Below are positions 19,045-30,900 of a stretch of 64,000 bases of DNA, piece after piece. Under the pieces are notes generated by a model. It searched no databases and was not told the origin of the DNA. It saw only the letters and a list, made by a program, of their open reading frames with translations. Position numbers and translations under genes: made by a program. The stretch is from Schmidtea nova (taxonomy: Eukaryota), in assembly GCA_044892505.1 (NCBI GenBank), contig CM097882.1:393142001-393206000 (forward strand), given 5' to 3'. Positions within the stretch are counted from its first letter, which is position 1, and every line of letters starts with the position of its first letter.

Positions 19045-22000
19045 CTAGATATCTACTACAAAACTTACCAACTCCGATCCGCGAGTTTTCTTTCTTCCCG
19101 TACAGGTACCATCTGATCCAATTGATCCTCCTCTTGTAATGGTTACTCCCAGTGTTTTCCCTACTTCCGCGGCGATGGTTACCTCGTTATCGATTCTTAA
19201 AGTACCTTTTCGAAAGGCATCCAGACAATCCTCTGGCAATATGTTGACAGGTCTAGGTATTAGAGTGGCTGATAGAAAAGCCGTGTAGCTGTGTGAACCA
19301 CAATAATATTCAAATGTCGCTCTTTGGACTCTACATTCTCTTATCTTAGTTCTGAAGAATTCACTTTCTTGATAGACATAGTATTCGACCTTTTCTCCTG
19401 TTTGGACTTTCTCTGGATATGCCTCTTTGCACTCAATTGCATCTACGAGCGAATATATCCGAGCTAACTTTGGATCACTGCAATCAAACGCTGTCATTGT
19501 GTTTGTCTGTTTCATTATCCCCATCATTACTAAAAACATTAATATCATATTCGTCATATTCCCCATTCCTCCATTTCCGAGGTGGTTGTTATTCATAGCC
19601 TCTTCCACAAATTCATATCGTGGTTTATGTTTCTCCTCTTCCCAGAAGTTATTTTCACTCATCCACGTTCCGAGATAATGCTCCGTTATCTCCGTGATCT
19701 GGTCTATTTCTCGATTAATAAGTTTCTTCTCATTGCCTGCGCGGGCTAAGGCGTCTTGAATCAACATAGATAATGCTGTCACTATTTTTCCTTTAGATAA
19801 CCCATCTTGTATGAGTGTCTCTAACATATTCTGTATCTCGTTTTGAGGTACCCCTTTAGGTAATCTCCTCATCGTCTTCGCGATTGTCTGTGTCACTTTA
19901 TCCACTTGAATTCCTTTAATCCGAGTGATCTGCCATTCCGGCTTTAATATTCCTATGATCTGTTTTAATCTCTTCCATGTCAGAGATTTTTCTGGTATAT
20001 GTACTCCCTCGTCTCTCATATCAACATCCCTGGCTATTCCTGACAGGGTTTTCATCTGAACCTGTTTAATGGTTTCTTGGTTTAATTGCTCCGTTGGGGG
20101 AGGTTTCATTTGATCTTTCCTAGGCCTTCCTCGCCTATCTTTCTTTGTCTGCCATGCTGGCCTGACATTTTCTACCGCCTGAGAAGTTGAAGCTCCCACG
20201 TTAGTTTCCTCATTATTGAGTCTGATTTTCTCTTCTCCGTGATTATCGGCATCGATATCTACATTAAGTGGTTGTGTCTCAACGTTACCAATGACCATTT
20301 CATCTGGTAACCGTAATGCTGACCATTGAGATTCAGGTGGCTCTACGGGAATGATTGCTACCGTTGTAGTTTCAAATGGTAGACATCCCACATCTACTAA
20401 ATATTCATCATCATCCACTTGCCCTCCATGAATCATAATCAAGAATATACCGGTAGTCTGCCCAGTATCTATTAAATCTTTTCTCAACGTTATCACTTTG
20501 CTAAAACAACGATATAATCTCGTCATGGGTTCTTTTCCCAATATTCGAATGTCTAAAGTTATCATGCCTTGTCGGTGTGCTTGATGACGTATTGCTGTTC
20601 CATTTTTCCTCATTAACATTTTTATTTCTGTTTGAAAAGAACTAGTTTCTTTTACTACAGGTAGTAATATAGGAATTATACTCTCCAATGATTCTACTGG
20701 TATGCGCAATACCAACATCCAGTCTAATATTTCCTTGATTGTTTCTCCATCCCTCGGAGATTTCTGCAACTCTATCTTCAGACGTTGCTCTATTTGTTGG
20801 ACTTCCTCCAACTGTGCAATTTCCATTTGTGTGAGTAGAAACACACTGTCTTGATCCACTACTGGGACCGATATTCCTGTCAGTTTTGTTGTGAGTTTCG
20901 TTACCCTTCCTGGTAATACACCATTTTGTAGTAGTGTTTCCCCAACTACTAACTTTTCTCCATATAGATAAAAATCATATCTATTATGTTTCAATTTCGT
21001 CATTGTATCTGACAACTTATCTGTTCGACATCTTACATTCATGTCGATGTTAAACTCCTGCTCCTGAGGAAGTTTTATGTTTAAATGCGAATCCTGAAGA
21101 TCCCATTCATGTTCCATTGCTGTCCCTATCTTTCGTAGGATTCTATGTATGTCGCTATGATACCTTGGATCATCTTCGACCTGAGATATTAACTGTAATA
21201 TCTTTCCAATTTCGCTATTCTTGATATCACCTTGTGATAATTTCTCTAATTCTCTAGTCAGTCTCTGCTGATACTCATATCTGGAATCCACCAGTTTTAA
21301 ACATTTTGCTAGGGTATCTGACCCTTTCTTGGCCTTTGTTTCCTTGAACAAAGCCTGGTCGAACTCGCTCAGTATGGTACTCATACTGAGTTCGTCATCA
21401 TTATCAGAATTTGTTTCTGATTCTATTACCTCATGATTCTCGCTGCTGGAATCCATGGGTTCACTATTTCCTTGCTCATCTGTGTAAGCATCATGATTTT
21501 TCTCAGCTGAAATCATCAAAACTGTTCCTTGCCCAACTGTGTGAGCATCATCGCTTTCCTCAATGGGATTCATTATAACTGTTCCTCGCCCATCCATGTG
21601 AGCATGATTTTTCTCAGCTGAAATCATAAAAACTGTCTCTTGCCCAACTGTGTGAGTCTCATTTATTTCTTCAATTGTATTCATCAAAACTGTTCCTCGC
21701 TCATCTGTGTGAGCATGATTTTTCTCAGCTGAAATCATAAAAACTGTATCATCTCGAACCATTAGCCGTGCTAATCGATTTTTCTCCTCCTGGATTTCCA
21801 TTTCCAGTTGTTGCAAATACGTCAATTCTTTATCGTGATTGACCATGAACGTAGTTTTTGGCTTGCTGACATTACCACTATTGGTAGTCCTACTATTCGT
21901 ATGATTACTCTGATTTTGAGGACACGACCTCAGGATATGCCCGAATTTTCCACACCCGTGGCATTTTATCTTTCCTGATGAATTTACATCATCCCTTTTT

Positions 22001-22806
22001 ATATTAAAATTCCCATTCGTTGGGAGATTCCTAACTCTACAAACGGAAGCAACATGCCCTCTGCGTTTGCATTTATCACACTGCAAGTTCGTGACTCTAC
22101 AGTTCTCAACACTATGATTATTCATACCACATTTAGTACACTGAATACCCCTACGAGTATCAGCTACCTTCTTACTGTGGCAATCTTTTGATATATGCCC
22201 CTTCTTATGGCAGTTAAAACATTCAATTGCTGGCTTCTCATTATTTACCATAAATGAGGTAGCCTTTTCTAAGCTGCTTTCGATTACGACAGCTTTTCTT
22301 GTTAATTCCCAAAAATCATCTCCCGTGTGGAGAATCAATGCATTTCTCATAACATTTGTGAATCCAGCTAATAATTGGTCTTTAACCATAGCTTTAGTTG
22401 CATCATTCCAGGTAGTTCTGAGCCCAAATGCTCTTTCTGCTAATAACAATAATTGGTAGGAAAATTCTCCTACATGTTCATTTGCATTCTGCTTCCTGTG
22501 ATAAAACTGTTGTCGGAAAATTCTACTTGAATCTCCCGGTAATATTCTAGCTGTTAGTGATTCTCTCATCTTTTCCCATGTAGCTGGTTTATCTGCTGCT
22601 GGTAACGCCATAATATCATTGTAGTTTTCCCTTGCCATACCCTTAAGGTAAATTGGCAATCTTTGTATCATTATCGCATCTGGATACCCATAGGCCTTTG
22701 CCATCTGATAATACTCTGACATAAACTCCGGAAATTCCCCTGGATCTCCGCTAAATGCCTTGACAGGTAAAGCGGGATATCTAGCAAAAACATTTTCCTC
22801 CACCAT
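19045..22806 (-). CDS. gag: First part of element 1 polyprotein: Gag with four CCHC knuckles, accessory domains, signal/TM segment and N-terminal part of glycoprotein
   Basis: Retrotransposon Gag core (FSGDPGEF...YLKGMA...RKQNANEHVGEF), four CX2CX4HX4C knuckles, then MILMFLVMMGIM followed by AFDCS...CGSHS. Confidence 0.9.
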   Translation of the reverse strand: MVEENVFARYPALPVKAFSGDPGEFPEFMSEYYQMAKAYGYPDAIMIQRLPIYLKGMARENYNDIMALPAADKPATWEKMRESLTARILPGDSSRIFRQQFYHRKQNANEHVGEFSYQLLLLAERAFGLRTTWNDATKAMVKDQLLAGFTNVMRNALILHTGDDFWELTRKAVVIESSLEKATSFMVNNEKPAIECFNCHKKGHISKDCHSKKVADTRRGIQCTKCGMNNHSVENCRVTNLQCDKCKRRGHVASVCRVRNLPTNGNFNIKRDDVNSSGKIKCHGCGKFGHILRSCPQNQSNHTNSRTTNSGNVSKPKTTFMVNHDKELTYLQQLEMEIQEEKNRLARLMVRDDTVFMISAEKNHAHTDERGTVLMNTIEEINETHTVGQETVFMISAEKNHAHMDGRGTVIMNPIEESDDAHTVGQGTVLMISAEKNHDAYTDEQGNSEPMDSSSENHEVIESETNSDNDDELSMSTILSEFDQALFKETKAKKGSDTLAKCLKLVDSRYEYQQRLTRELEKLSQGDIKNSEIGKILQLISQVEDDPRYHSDIHRILRKIGTAMEHEWDLQDSHLNIKLPQEQEFNIDMNVRCRTDKLSDTMTKLKHNRYDFYLYGEKLVVGETLLQNGVLPGRVTKLTTKLTGISVPVVDQDSVFLLTQMEIAQLEEVQQIEQRLKIELQKSPRDGETIKEILDWMLVLRIPVESLESIIPILLPVVKETSSFQTEIKMLMRKNGTAIRHQAHRQGMITLDIRILGKEPMTRLYRCFSKVITLRKDLIDTGQTTGIFLIMIHGGQVDDDEYLVDVGCLPFETTTVAIIPVEPPESQWSALRLPDEMVIGNVETQPLNVDIDADNHGEEKIRLNNEETNVGASTSQAVENVRPAWQTKKDRRGRPRKDQMKPPPTEQLNQETIKQVQMKTLSGIARDVDMRDEGVHIPEKSLTWKRLKQIIGILKPEWQITRIKGIQVDKVTQTIAKTMRRLPKGVPQNEIQNMLETLIQDGLSKGKIVTALSMLIQDALARAGNEKKLINREIDQITEITEHYLGTWMSENNFWEEEKHKPRYEFVEEAMNNNHLGNGGMGNMTNMILMFLVMMGIMKQTNTMTAFDCSDPKLARIYSLVDAIECKEAYPEKVQTGEKVEYYVYQESEFFRTKIRECRVQRATFEYYCGSHSYTAFLSATLIPRPVNILPEDCLDAFRKGTLRIDNEVTIAAEVGKTLGVTITRGGSIGSDGTCTGRKKTRGSELVSFVVDI

Positions 22807-22886
22807 GTTATTCGCAAGTTTTACTTTCGAACGAGTTGCTAAAGCTATTTTGTATATATGAAAATATGCCCACTGACAATAATTGT

Positions 22887-22904
22887 ATCACGTCGGGCTC
22901 ACCA
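22887..22904 (-). promoter_or_regulatory. Primer-binding site, tRNA-Trp type
   Basis: TGGTGAGCCCGACGTGAT, 3 nt after the 5' LTR. It is complementary to the AUCACGUCGGG(G/C)UCACCA 3' end typical of eukaryotic tRNA-Trp. Confidence 0.85.
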
Positions 22905-22907
22905 AAA

Positions 22908-23747
22908 TGTTCGGTTCGTATCAGTGGTTTACGACGAACACAGAAAATATATATATAATTGAAACTTTAATTTGATTATCGGACTCCAAACGATAATCCG
23001 CTTATATAATTATAGATAAAATATATGTTTTAGGTTGTGTGTAAAGAAAACAAAACTAATTCTTTTTAATAAGATTTATTGTGAAATATGTATAACAATG
23101 TACAATATAATAAAATAGCTGCAAAGCAAAAGTTAGAAAATCGGTTATTCAAACCGTCCTCAGAGTTTAAGAACGAAAGCTGGACCTAAAAGGCTCAACA
23201 GCTCCGACTAAATGAAAGGACAAGATGAGGGATTCCCGGTAGTTTAATCGCGATAGTGACAACCCAGAAATGGTTATCACTGTTGCCTAATAAATTTCCT
23301 TCTGATATTTAAAGATTTTACTGAAGGAGAAAGATAGTAATACAACTATTTCCCCGTGATCGATTAAATAAAATATAAACTAAATTTACCAAGACTATGG
23401 AGAATATTCTTTTGGTTCCACGAAATTTGCAACTGAACTACAATTTAATTTTAAAACTAAACTTCTCGTAATATTGTCTCTCAAATTCCCTACTGAAAGT
23501 CAATGATTTGTAATTAGTTTAAATAGTAAAGTACTGCCTACACGGCCACGCACAAAAAGTTTACTATTATTTTTAGTCATTCTTATTTACTATTTTTAAT
23601 CTAAATTTAGTATTTAATTATTACTATAATTATTATCTATCTATTTATAGTAATTCTTAATTGCTATTTATATTTATTTATTTATTTATAATATTTAATT
23701 ACAAATTTATACAAAACCCCGAGATCCCTTGATCTCGAACCCTAACA
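22908..23747 (-). repeat. 5' LTR of element 1 (840 bp)
   Basis: Matches 9142-10090 and is flanked by the PBS and the TSD. Confidence 0.97.
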
Positions 23748-26399
23748 ATAAAATTTTAGATAAAAAATAGATTATTTAAAGTTTATTTAAAATTTTATGC
23801 AAAAATAATAATTTAATCTTACTTAAAATTATTAAAATTAATTTTGAAAGAATCGAAAATTCCTTCTAGAACAATTTGTTTTGATGCATCAACGAAAATA
23901 ACAGTTTGAACAACTATATTTTCCGCCATCAAAATGAATTTCATCAGAATTTGAGTATAGCCAACCGGTAAAACCCTAACCCAAAGATTTTCCAAGTTTT
24001 CAAAGAAAATTTTCCGATTTCTAAGTCGAATTATTTCAGAGGCAGGCCTCTACAAAAAAGAAAATTTATTTGCGATAGTCCAAACAAACTCTATCAAACC
24101 ACAGCATCTTGCAACAATCGAAACTCGCTGATCGCTATTCCGTCCGAATTTTGCCGAAAACATTTTCGATTTTAATAGTTTAACCGGACAACCTCAGTGG
24201 AACGTAAGATTCTTAATTGCTTAGTGTGGGTTGACCCGTCATGCCCCGTCAACCCAGGCTCAGTATTTTATTTTATGCTCATATTATTTTTATTATTTAA
24301 ATATCAGTGTAGGTCATCTTTATTATTTATGGTTGTATTAATCGTTTAATAATTATATTATTTCTTTATATCAATATTATTTTTTGAATTTATTCACTAA
24401 ATTTTTTTATGCGTCATTTTTTCAGATAAACTATTTTTATTATTCCTCTGTCACACGACCTACCAAGTTAAATTAAATATCATATTAATTTTATGTTTAT
24501 CATATTATTTTTTCATTAAAATGAATTTTCCATAAGTCTGATGATGGTCCACCAAGTCCTCGTACCATCATTAGTCGCTTTGGTGAATCATTAGTTTGCT
24601 CTAGTCCTTTCAGTTAGCTGATCTATATTTTCATCGAAGTGAGCTCAAACATCCAACAACGCTTCATCTTATACCTGGCTATATGAGGAGTAGTGGATTG
24701 GCCAAGTACAAGGTTTTGTTCAAATTAAATTTATTTTTATTATAATATAGTAGCTATTTTTATTTACAACTGAATTTATCAAGTATTTCAAGATTTAAAA
24801 AACGTCTACATAATAAAAGCTATCGAATAGTACACAAATTCTTGAATTTCACCTTCATCCAAGTGTACATACATTCATCTCGTTCCAAAAGAAATCACGA
24901 GTTATCTGAAAGTTAGAATCGTATTATTCGCAACTTCAAAAAGAAAAGAAACAAAAAGATTGCATTAAATTATAAAAAGGACAATCGATTCTGTCTAGTC
25001 AAACCTCATTTTTATCTAAAAGTATTTATAAAAGTTATTTCTTTCAAATCTAATTTCGGGTATCTGAAGTTTTCGGACAGAGCGACTTGAAAATTTCGTA
25101 TCCACTTTGTTCGAAATACTCATATGCTATCGAAATTAGAATTCCTCAAAACCTATTGTTAAATACACTACAATGTGAAGAACCGAACTTAGTCGTTGAA
25201 GAGTATAAAAATTTCTTAATCTAAAATTCCTATTATTTTATAAACATTAAAAAATTTCTTAGTTGAATATAATTGGATTCGTATGGAAAAATATTAGAAC
25301 CTAGAAATTTTATTACAAATTTAATATTACCATATATTCTATTTTTTAATTTATTTTAGAATTTTAGATTTTAATGCAAACTTTTTATATTTAATTTTAT
25401 TATTTTATAAATGTGGTAAAAATTAGAATTCGAATGCTACCCAAACTACCTAGGAAAATTAGCAATTTGAAATTTTATCCTTATGTGATTTCATAAAATT
25501 CTGAATTTAGGTATTTATAAAATTTTATAAATATTAAAAATTAAATTACATTTTCAGAAAATTAGGAAAATCAATTTATGTATACCACCATATCATAAAT
25601 CACCTCACATAAAAACTCAAAATAAATCATAAAACCTTTTTCAATACATTACATCCATACCATTCAATAACATTCTCTATAAGAAATACTATACCAGATA
25701 ATATATTCATTTACTAACACACACACACTATATCATTCCATTCAATAACATCCAGAAAATCTCACAAGCACTCATCCAATCTCTCCCATCACTAAATTAC
25801 TTAATTCACCTAACATTCTATCCAACATACAGTCACATATAAACAGCATACTACATCCGGAGAATCTATGTAGAGATCCAATTATCAATCACCTCACTCA
25901 GCGAATTCCCATTTAAATTTATCCATTTATATTGTCAAATAGAATCCATCATGGCATCAAACAACATATCATGCCTTAACTCATTAAATTCAGAATTCTC
26001 TCACCTAGCCTAACTCTTAGAAAACCATTAAGATAGTAATCCGTATCGTCATAAAATTCAATTTTTACTTAGAATTTATCAAACGTGGACCGTAGTATCG
26101 GTAATTAACGAAACGTAGTTTATTAAGCGTCGAGATCTATCTTACTCAATATAAAATTCAACCAATTCACGTCTAGTTTACCTTTATAATGTTTTATATC
26201 GTCTTGGAAAAGGTAAATTGAAAAATTTAAGGTACGAAAGCCATCACATGTGTTGGCTACCCAGCGTCGTCTAAATCAATAAAGTATGATTGAAGAGATA
26301 CCAATGATGAAATTTTGTTGCAAATCATGTTGATCATAGATAAAAATGATACATGTTCATAAATACACTAAAAGGGAAAAGGGGGGATTAACAAAACAA

Positions 26400-27900
26400 C
26401 ACTACGACAAAATTTAATAAATTGTCTCATAACAAAATATAACAAAGAAATTAAAAGAAATAACTTCATAAATTTGAGTAGAATTACTCAGTATTACGGA
26501 GGTCTACCGCTCAATCATGTCGCTGAAATATGGAAGTGATGAAATTTATATAACTACCAAGAAATCATCATAGAAATCATGTTCACTTCCAAGAAGTTGA
26601 CGACTTACACATTGATTCTTGTCATGAGAATTATTATTTTAACCACGCCATGAGGACAATGTTTTACGAGCTCAGTCTTAGAGTTCTCATAGAAGTGAAA
26701 ACAAGCTACTCTATTTCGGTAGAGTATTTTATCAATTAACGGCATTCCCGAGGAAGGTGATTTTTAAAGGAGAGACAATGAAAGATGAAATTCAAATTCC
26801 TTTGCCACCCAATTGAGAAGAACAAAATGCAAATGGCAAACTGAGAACAATAACCAATCACCGAACCCAGAGCAGAGGAACCAATTACGACAGAAGTTAC
26901 TAAAATTCAAAGGAACAAGTTGAACAAAAAAGGATGATGTCGCTTACGCCTTAAGAAGCAAGAAGAAAACCAGCGAATCCGAATTCATCAACTGCACAAG
27001 AAGGTAGAGATGACTGAAGGTGAAATGATCACTGAGAGCGAACGAAAACAAGTTTATTTGAAATAAATATATAACTTTGTTGTCCTAAATCGTTTTATTT
27101 TTATTTGTTTATATTCATTCAGTTTTCATTTTCTAAAGTTAATGTGTATTTCTGCAAATATCTTTGTTTGACTGAGTAAAAGTAAAAGCGGACAAAATTA
27201 CCATAGGAGTCGATTATAATTAAAAATGCTTCGAAAATAGGCGAGAGACAGATGAGATAATGAAAGATAACAACTGGCTTCGATTAGAGGCAGAGTGCAG
27301 AGCGAATAACGTGATACAGTGATGCTAGAAACATTATCACACTTGGTTCAGTCTGGATAGAATGACGAAAGCTCAGCAACAAGATGAAACCCTCAAAGAG
27401 CAGTTAGCTCAGAGTGAGACTGAAATTAGAGCGCTCAATGAATCTGGAACTGGTTCACAAGACTATATCCAGAGCCAAAGCCGTTACCGGTTTTCTTTGA
27501 AAATAAGACCAGTCTTATTCATATAAATTTAATAAAACAGCAAAAATTCAAAAATAAGACCAGCTCTTATTTTCGAAGAAAACCAGTTAATTATTCTGAG
27601 AGTGAACTGTTTCCGAGTGATGACAGATTTACCATACACAGTACCATTAAAGGAATTAGAGCAAAAAGGTCGAATCCAAGAAGAGTTGAACACAAGAAGC
27701 GTCAAATGAGAAAGATGACTCGAATCGCCGGGCACAATTGATTCCACCGTTAAATTTAATTGACCGACTTAAGTGAAATATATGTATTGTTGTATCTTAT
27801 TGTATTGTCACTTTATTTCTTATTTTAATGTTTATCAACGACATTTTGCCTTAGCCGCAAATTTATACATTAAGAGGGATATGATTTTGTTGGTGTTATG
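26400..27900 (+). pseudogene. Heavily decayed LTR-retrotransposon integrase/3' region
   Basis: Broken motifs GQCFTS and NGIPE, a KAQQQDETLK coiled segment, and a purine tract AAGAGGG near 27871. Many stops. Confidence 0.3.
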
Positions 27901-30900
27901 GGTTCTTATGATAGGGATAACTACAACCCACGCCCCATCATAAAAGGTTAAGTACCTCACTCGTGTAACTATTGTTACACGTTTGTTTTCTATGTTGGTA
28001 ATGTACACGGTTGTGAAAATCTAGTGAGCAGTTGAGCTTCGTTGTCAAAACTACTTATCCTTATATTAACTCTATCGGATTCCTGCTACTGATAGAAGGA
28101 CTTACGCACATATATATTCTACGGTCATTTCGCATTATCATTTTTCTAGCTTTATATTACTTTATCTTATATCAGATCGACGCTTGTTTATCCCCCAAAA
28201 TATAAAAATTACCTCCTACCTATATTCTTCAGACCACTTTAACCTACTCTTAAATGACTTTAAATTTAGTCATTTAATTATTATATATCATGACTTTATG
28301 TTAGGCAAAATTAAATTGAACAGAGCATGCAAACTAAAATTCCTACTTCAAGCATGCGACGCAGGATTTCCCTCCCCTCTCTTTAAGATAGTAAATTTGA
28401 TAAATTATATTCTACTCGTTTTTCATAGAAATGTGTCACTGCGCCCCCTAACTCTGAGGGTCACGACGGTTATGGCTTTCGCCTCTCGGCTTTCACCACA
28501 AAGGCTGCAATCATATGAATTTTGTGTGGGAAAACATATATGAGGGTTTACCCAATTTTTAAAATAACAAAGAAAAAAAACACCTTTATTTCTCAATTAT
28601 TTTTAAAGTATACAACAAAATCAATAGACTCTTGAACAGTCTTGCATATCGTTCAGGTACAATAAACTGATGTTTTCTAGTAGAATTCCTCCGTTTAATG
28701 TTTGAACAAGTTAAAAAAAATTGACTATCCACAAAATTATGGTTAAAGTTATGATTTTCCAGCGTCTATTTATACTAATTCTAAATGACACCTGCGTAAT
28801 TTGTTCGTTAAATAAGAATACTAATAATTAAATTTATATATCTATTTTAATATTTAACTCATTTATTTCAATAAATGATTATTTATTTATTCTCCATAAT
28901 TTTAATTTTATAATTTATTTTCTAAATATTTATTTTTAGTTCCATTAAATGGCATGTGTCCATTTTTTGCGCACGTTAATTGATTAATTAAAATAATCAA
29001 ATTTATTTTAATTTAATTTTCTTCCTATCTCTGTTATTTTTACGATATTTTAATTGAGATTTCTTCTATAATTTTAATACATTGTTCTCTCGTTTTTGAT
29101 ACCCATTTTATTCTTTGATCATGATTTTTCGTATTTACTATACAAGCAATGATCTGTTCCATTCAATTCTCGTGTGGTCATTTGTATGTAAATTCGACCT
29201 GCACTCAAATTGTGGACTCTCTTCTGAGATGCCTCTTTTCTATCGTTTTCTCCTTAACTCGACCGACTTATGGTATGCGGTTTGTTTGACTATTATTTGC
29301 GCTTTAATATTCTATAGACTTTGGTGCTGTTTTTGTGCATAATGCTTTTATGTATTATCATGCGTTTAAATTCGTTTTTTTCGTACCTTTAATTTTCAAT
29401 GCGTTTAAACAAAGTTTCTTCTCGATTCTACTAGTATAACAATTTTAAAGGTGTTAAGTTGAGAAGGAGTAAAAGAAAAGTAGAATAAAATTAAACGGTT
29501 TCATCAGTATCAATTGTAATTGTTTGTTTATTCGACAAATAAATATTTGGAAAGTAATAATGAATAAAGATAAAGTAGATATATAGTGATGAAGCCAGGA
29601 TAAAGAGTAGCATAATCTCCTATAGGTGGTACCTGAACCCAATAAAATGCCTGGACATTAGTAGTCACGAAGACGCAGTCTACCTTTTACAGGCTTATTC
29701 AACCACTTTGTACAATACCGACGTTACCAAGCGGACGGGGTCAGTATTTTCATGATGGAGTATTGTTGGTTTATCGCAGAGAATTAGTTCATTTGTTTTA
29801 AGTCGATTTTTTATTTGATTTCTAGCGCTCCTATAATTGAAAATCACCAAAATCAAACACAATGAATTTTATTGAATTCCACAAATTACAAACGATAAAT
29901 CAATACAATTTATATTTTTTGCAAAACGCTCAGCACTTCTTTATTCAAACGATAGGGGTAGGTCTACCAAGATAGATTGCCCTTTCTGGTACGTTTCACG
30001 CTTTTTATTTGCTAATGTTAGGTTTCACACTCTCTTCGTTTTACTAACCAAATGTGTTTTTCTTTTTTTCTTTTATTGCTCCGGACAAGAATTACGGTTC
30101 GACCAAACTGGCACTGGATGTTGTAATGCGTCTCTTTTATAGTCTTCTCTTAATAACAATATAATTGAATTTTACCACAAATTTCCATTAATTATTTTTA
30201 GTTGTTGTAATTTAATTGTTCTGATGGAAAACAAAGCTAAATTTAATTAACCTAAGCAATAATTTTTTTAGACCTGCCACAATTAAATTTAGCATCCCAT
30301 TACTCTGGGTTTCCCATGCGTTCGGGTTTCCATTGTTTCAGGCTTCCCCCATAACTAATAAATTATTCATTAATTTTTAATTAATTTCTATTTATTAAAT
30401 CTCTTTATCTAGGTAACCCCATTCGTTATGTTCAACGGGAAATGGGTTAAAGATAACACAAGCAATTTTGTGAGAGAGTTAAATTAGTTATTAATCGATT
30501 TATTTATTTATTGATCTAACTCCAAATTATTCAATTATCTTTATATATAAATATTATTAGTCATATTATTAAATCAGATTACTTTCTCTCTTTTTAAAAC
30601 TTTTATTTAGAACTATTGTACAAATTTACTAAAGAAATAAAAGACCATGATCGATTGATCAATCCCTCACTTATCAGCAAGCAACACGATGCATTTTAAT
30701 GGTAGGACATCGTTGATTAAAAATAAATTCAGAGGATAAGAAGTTTTAATATTGGGGCTACCCAGGTACACTAAAGCGGTCAATTACGGAAATTACACAA
30801 TAGATTTTTCAAACTAGTTTCGATGAACTAAAATCTATCTAAGTTGAATATGCCTTTATAATAAGTTTCGTATTCGGTTGCTTTCACAAAACCCTGATTG

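Larger units (their letters stand above)
9142..23747 (-). mobile_element. Full-length Ty3/Gypsy LTR retroelement with env-like genes (element 1, 14.6 kb)
   Basis: Two TG...CA LTRs, 4-bp TSD ATAA (9138-9141 and 23748-23751), PBS, PPT, and PR-RT-RH-IN domain order. Confidence 0.97.

Noticed and set aside
6493-21300. Functional link between the neighbouring USP gene and the element's ubiquitin-like modules
   Set aside because: The USP exon is outside the TSD-bounded element and the UBLs lack Gly-Gly. Proximity is best treated as coincidence.
24228-24262. GGGTTGAC...GTCAACCC hairpin as a Helitron 3' end
   Set aside because: No CTRR terminus at the expected distance and no other supporting feature.
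24535-24565. CTGATGA followed by a TGG/CCA hairpin as a possible hammerhead
   Set aside because: No GAAA after the stem and no stem I or III. The CTGATGA at ~5651 fails in the same way.
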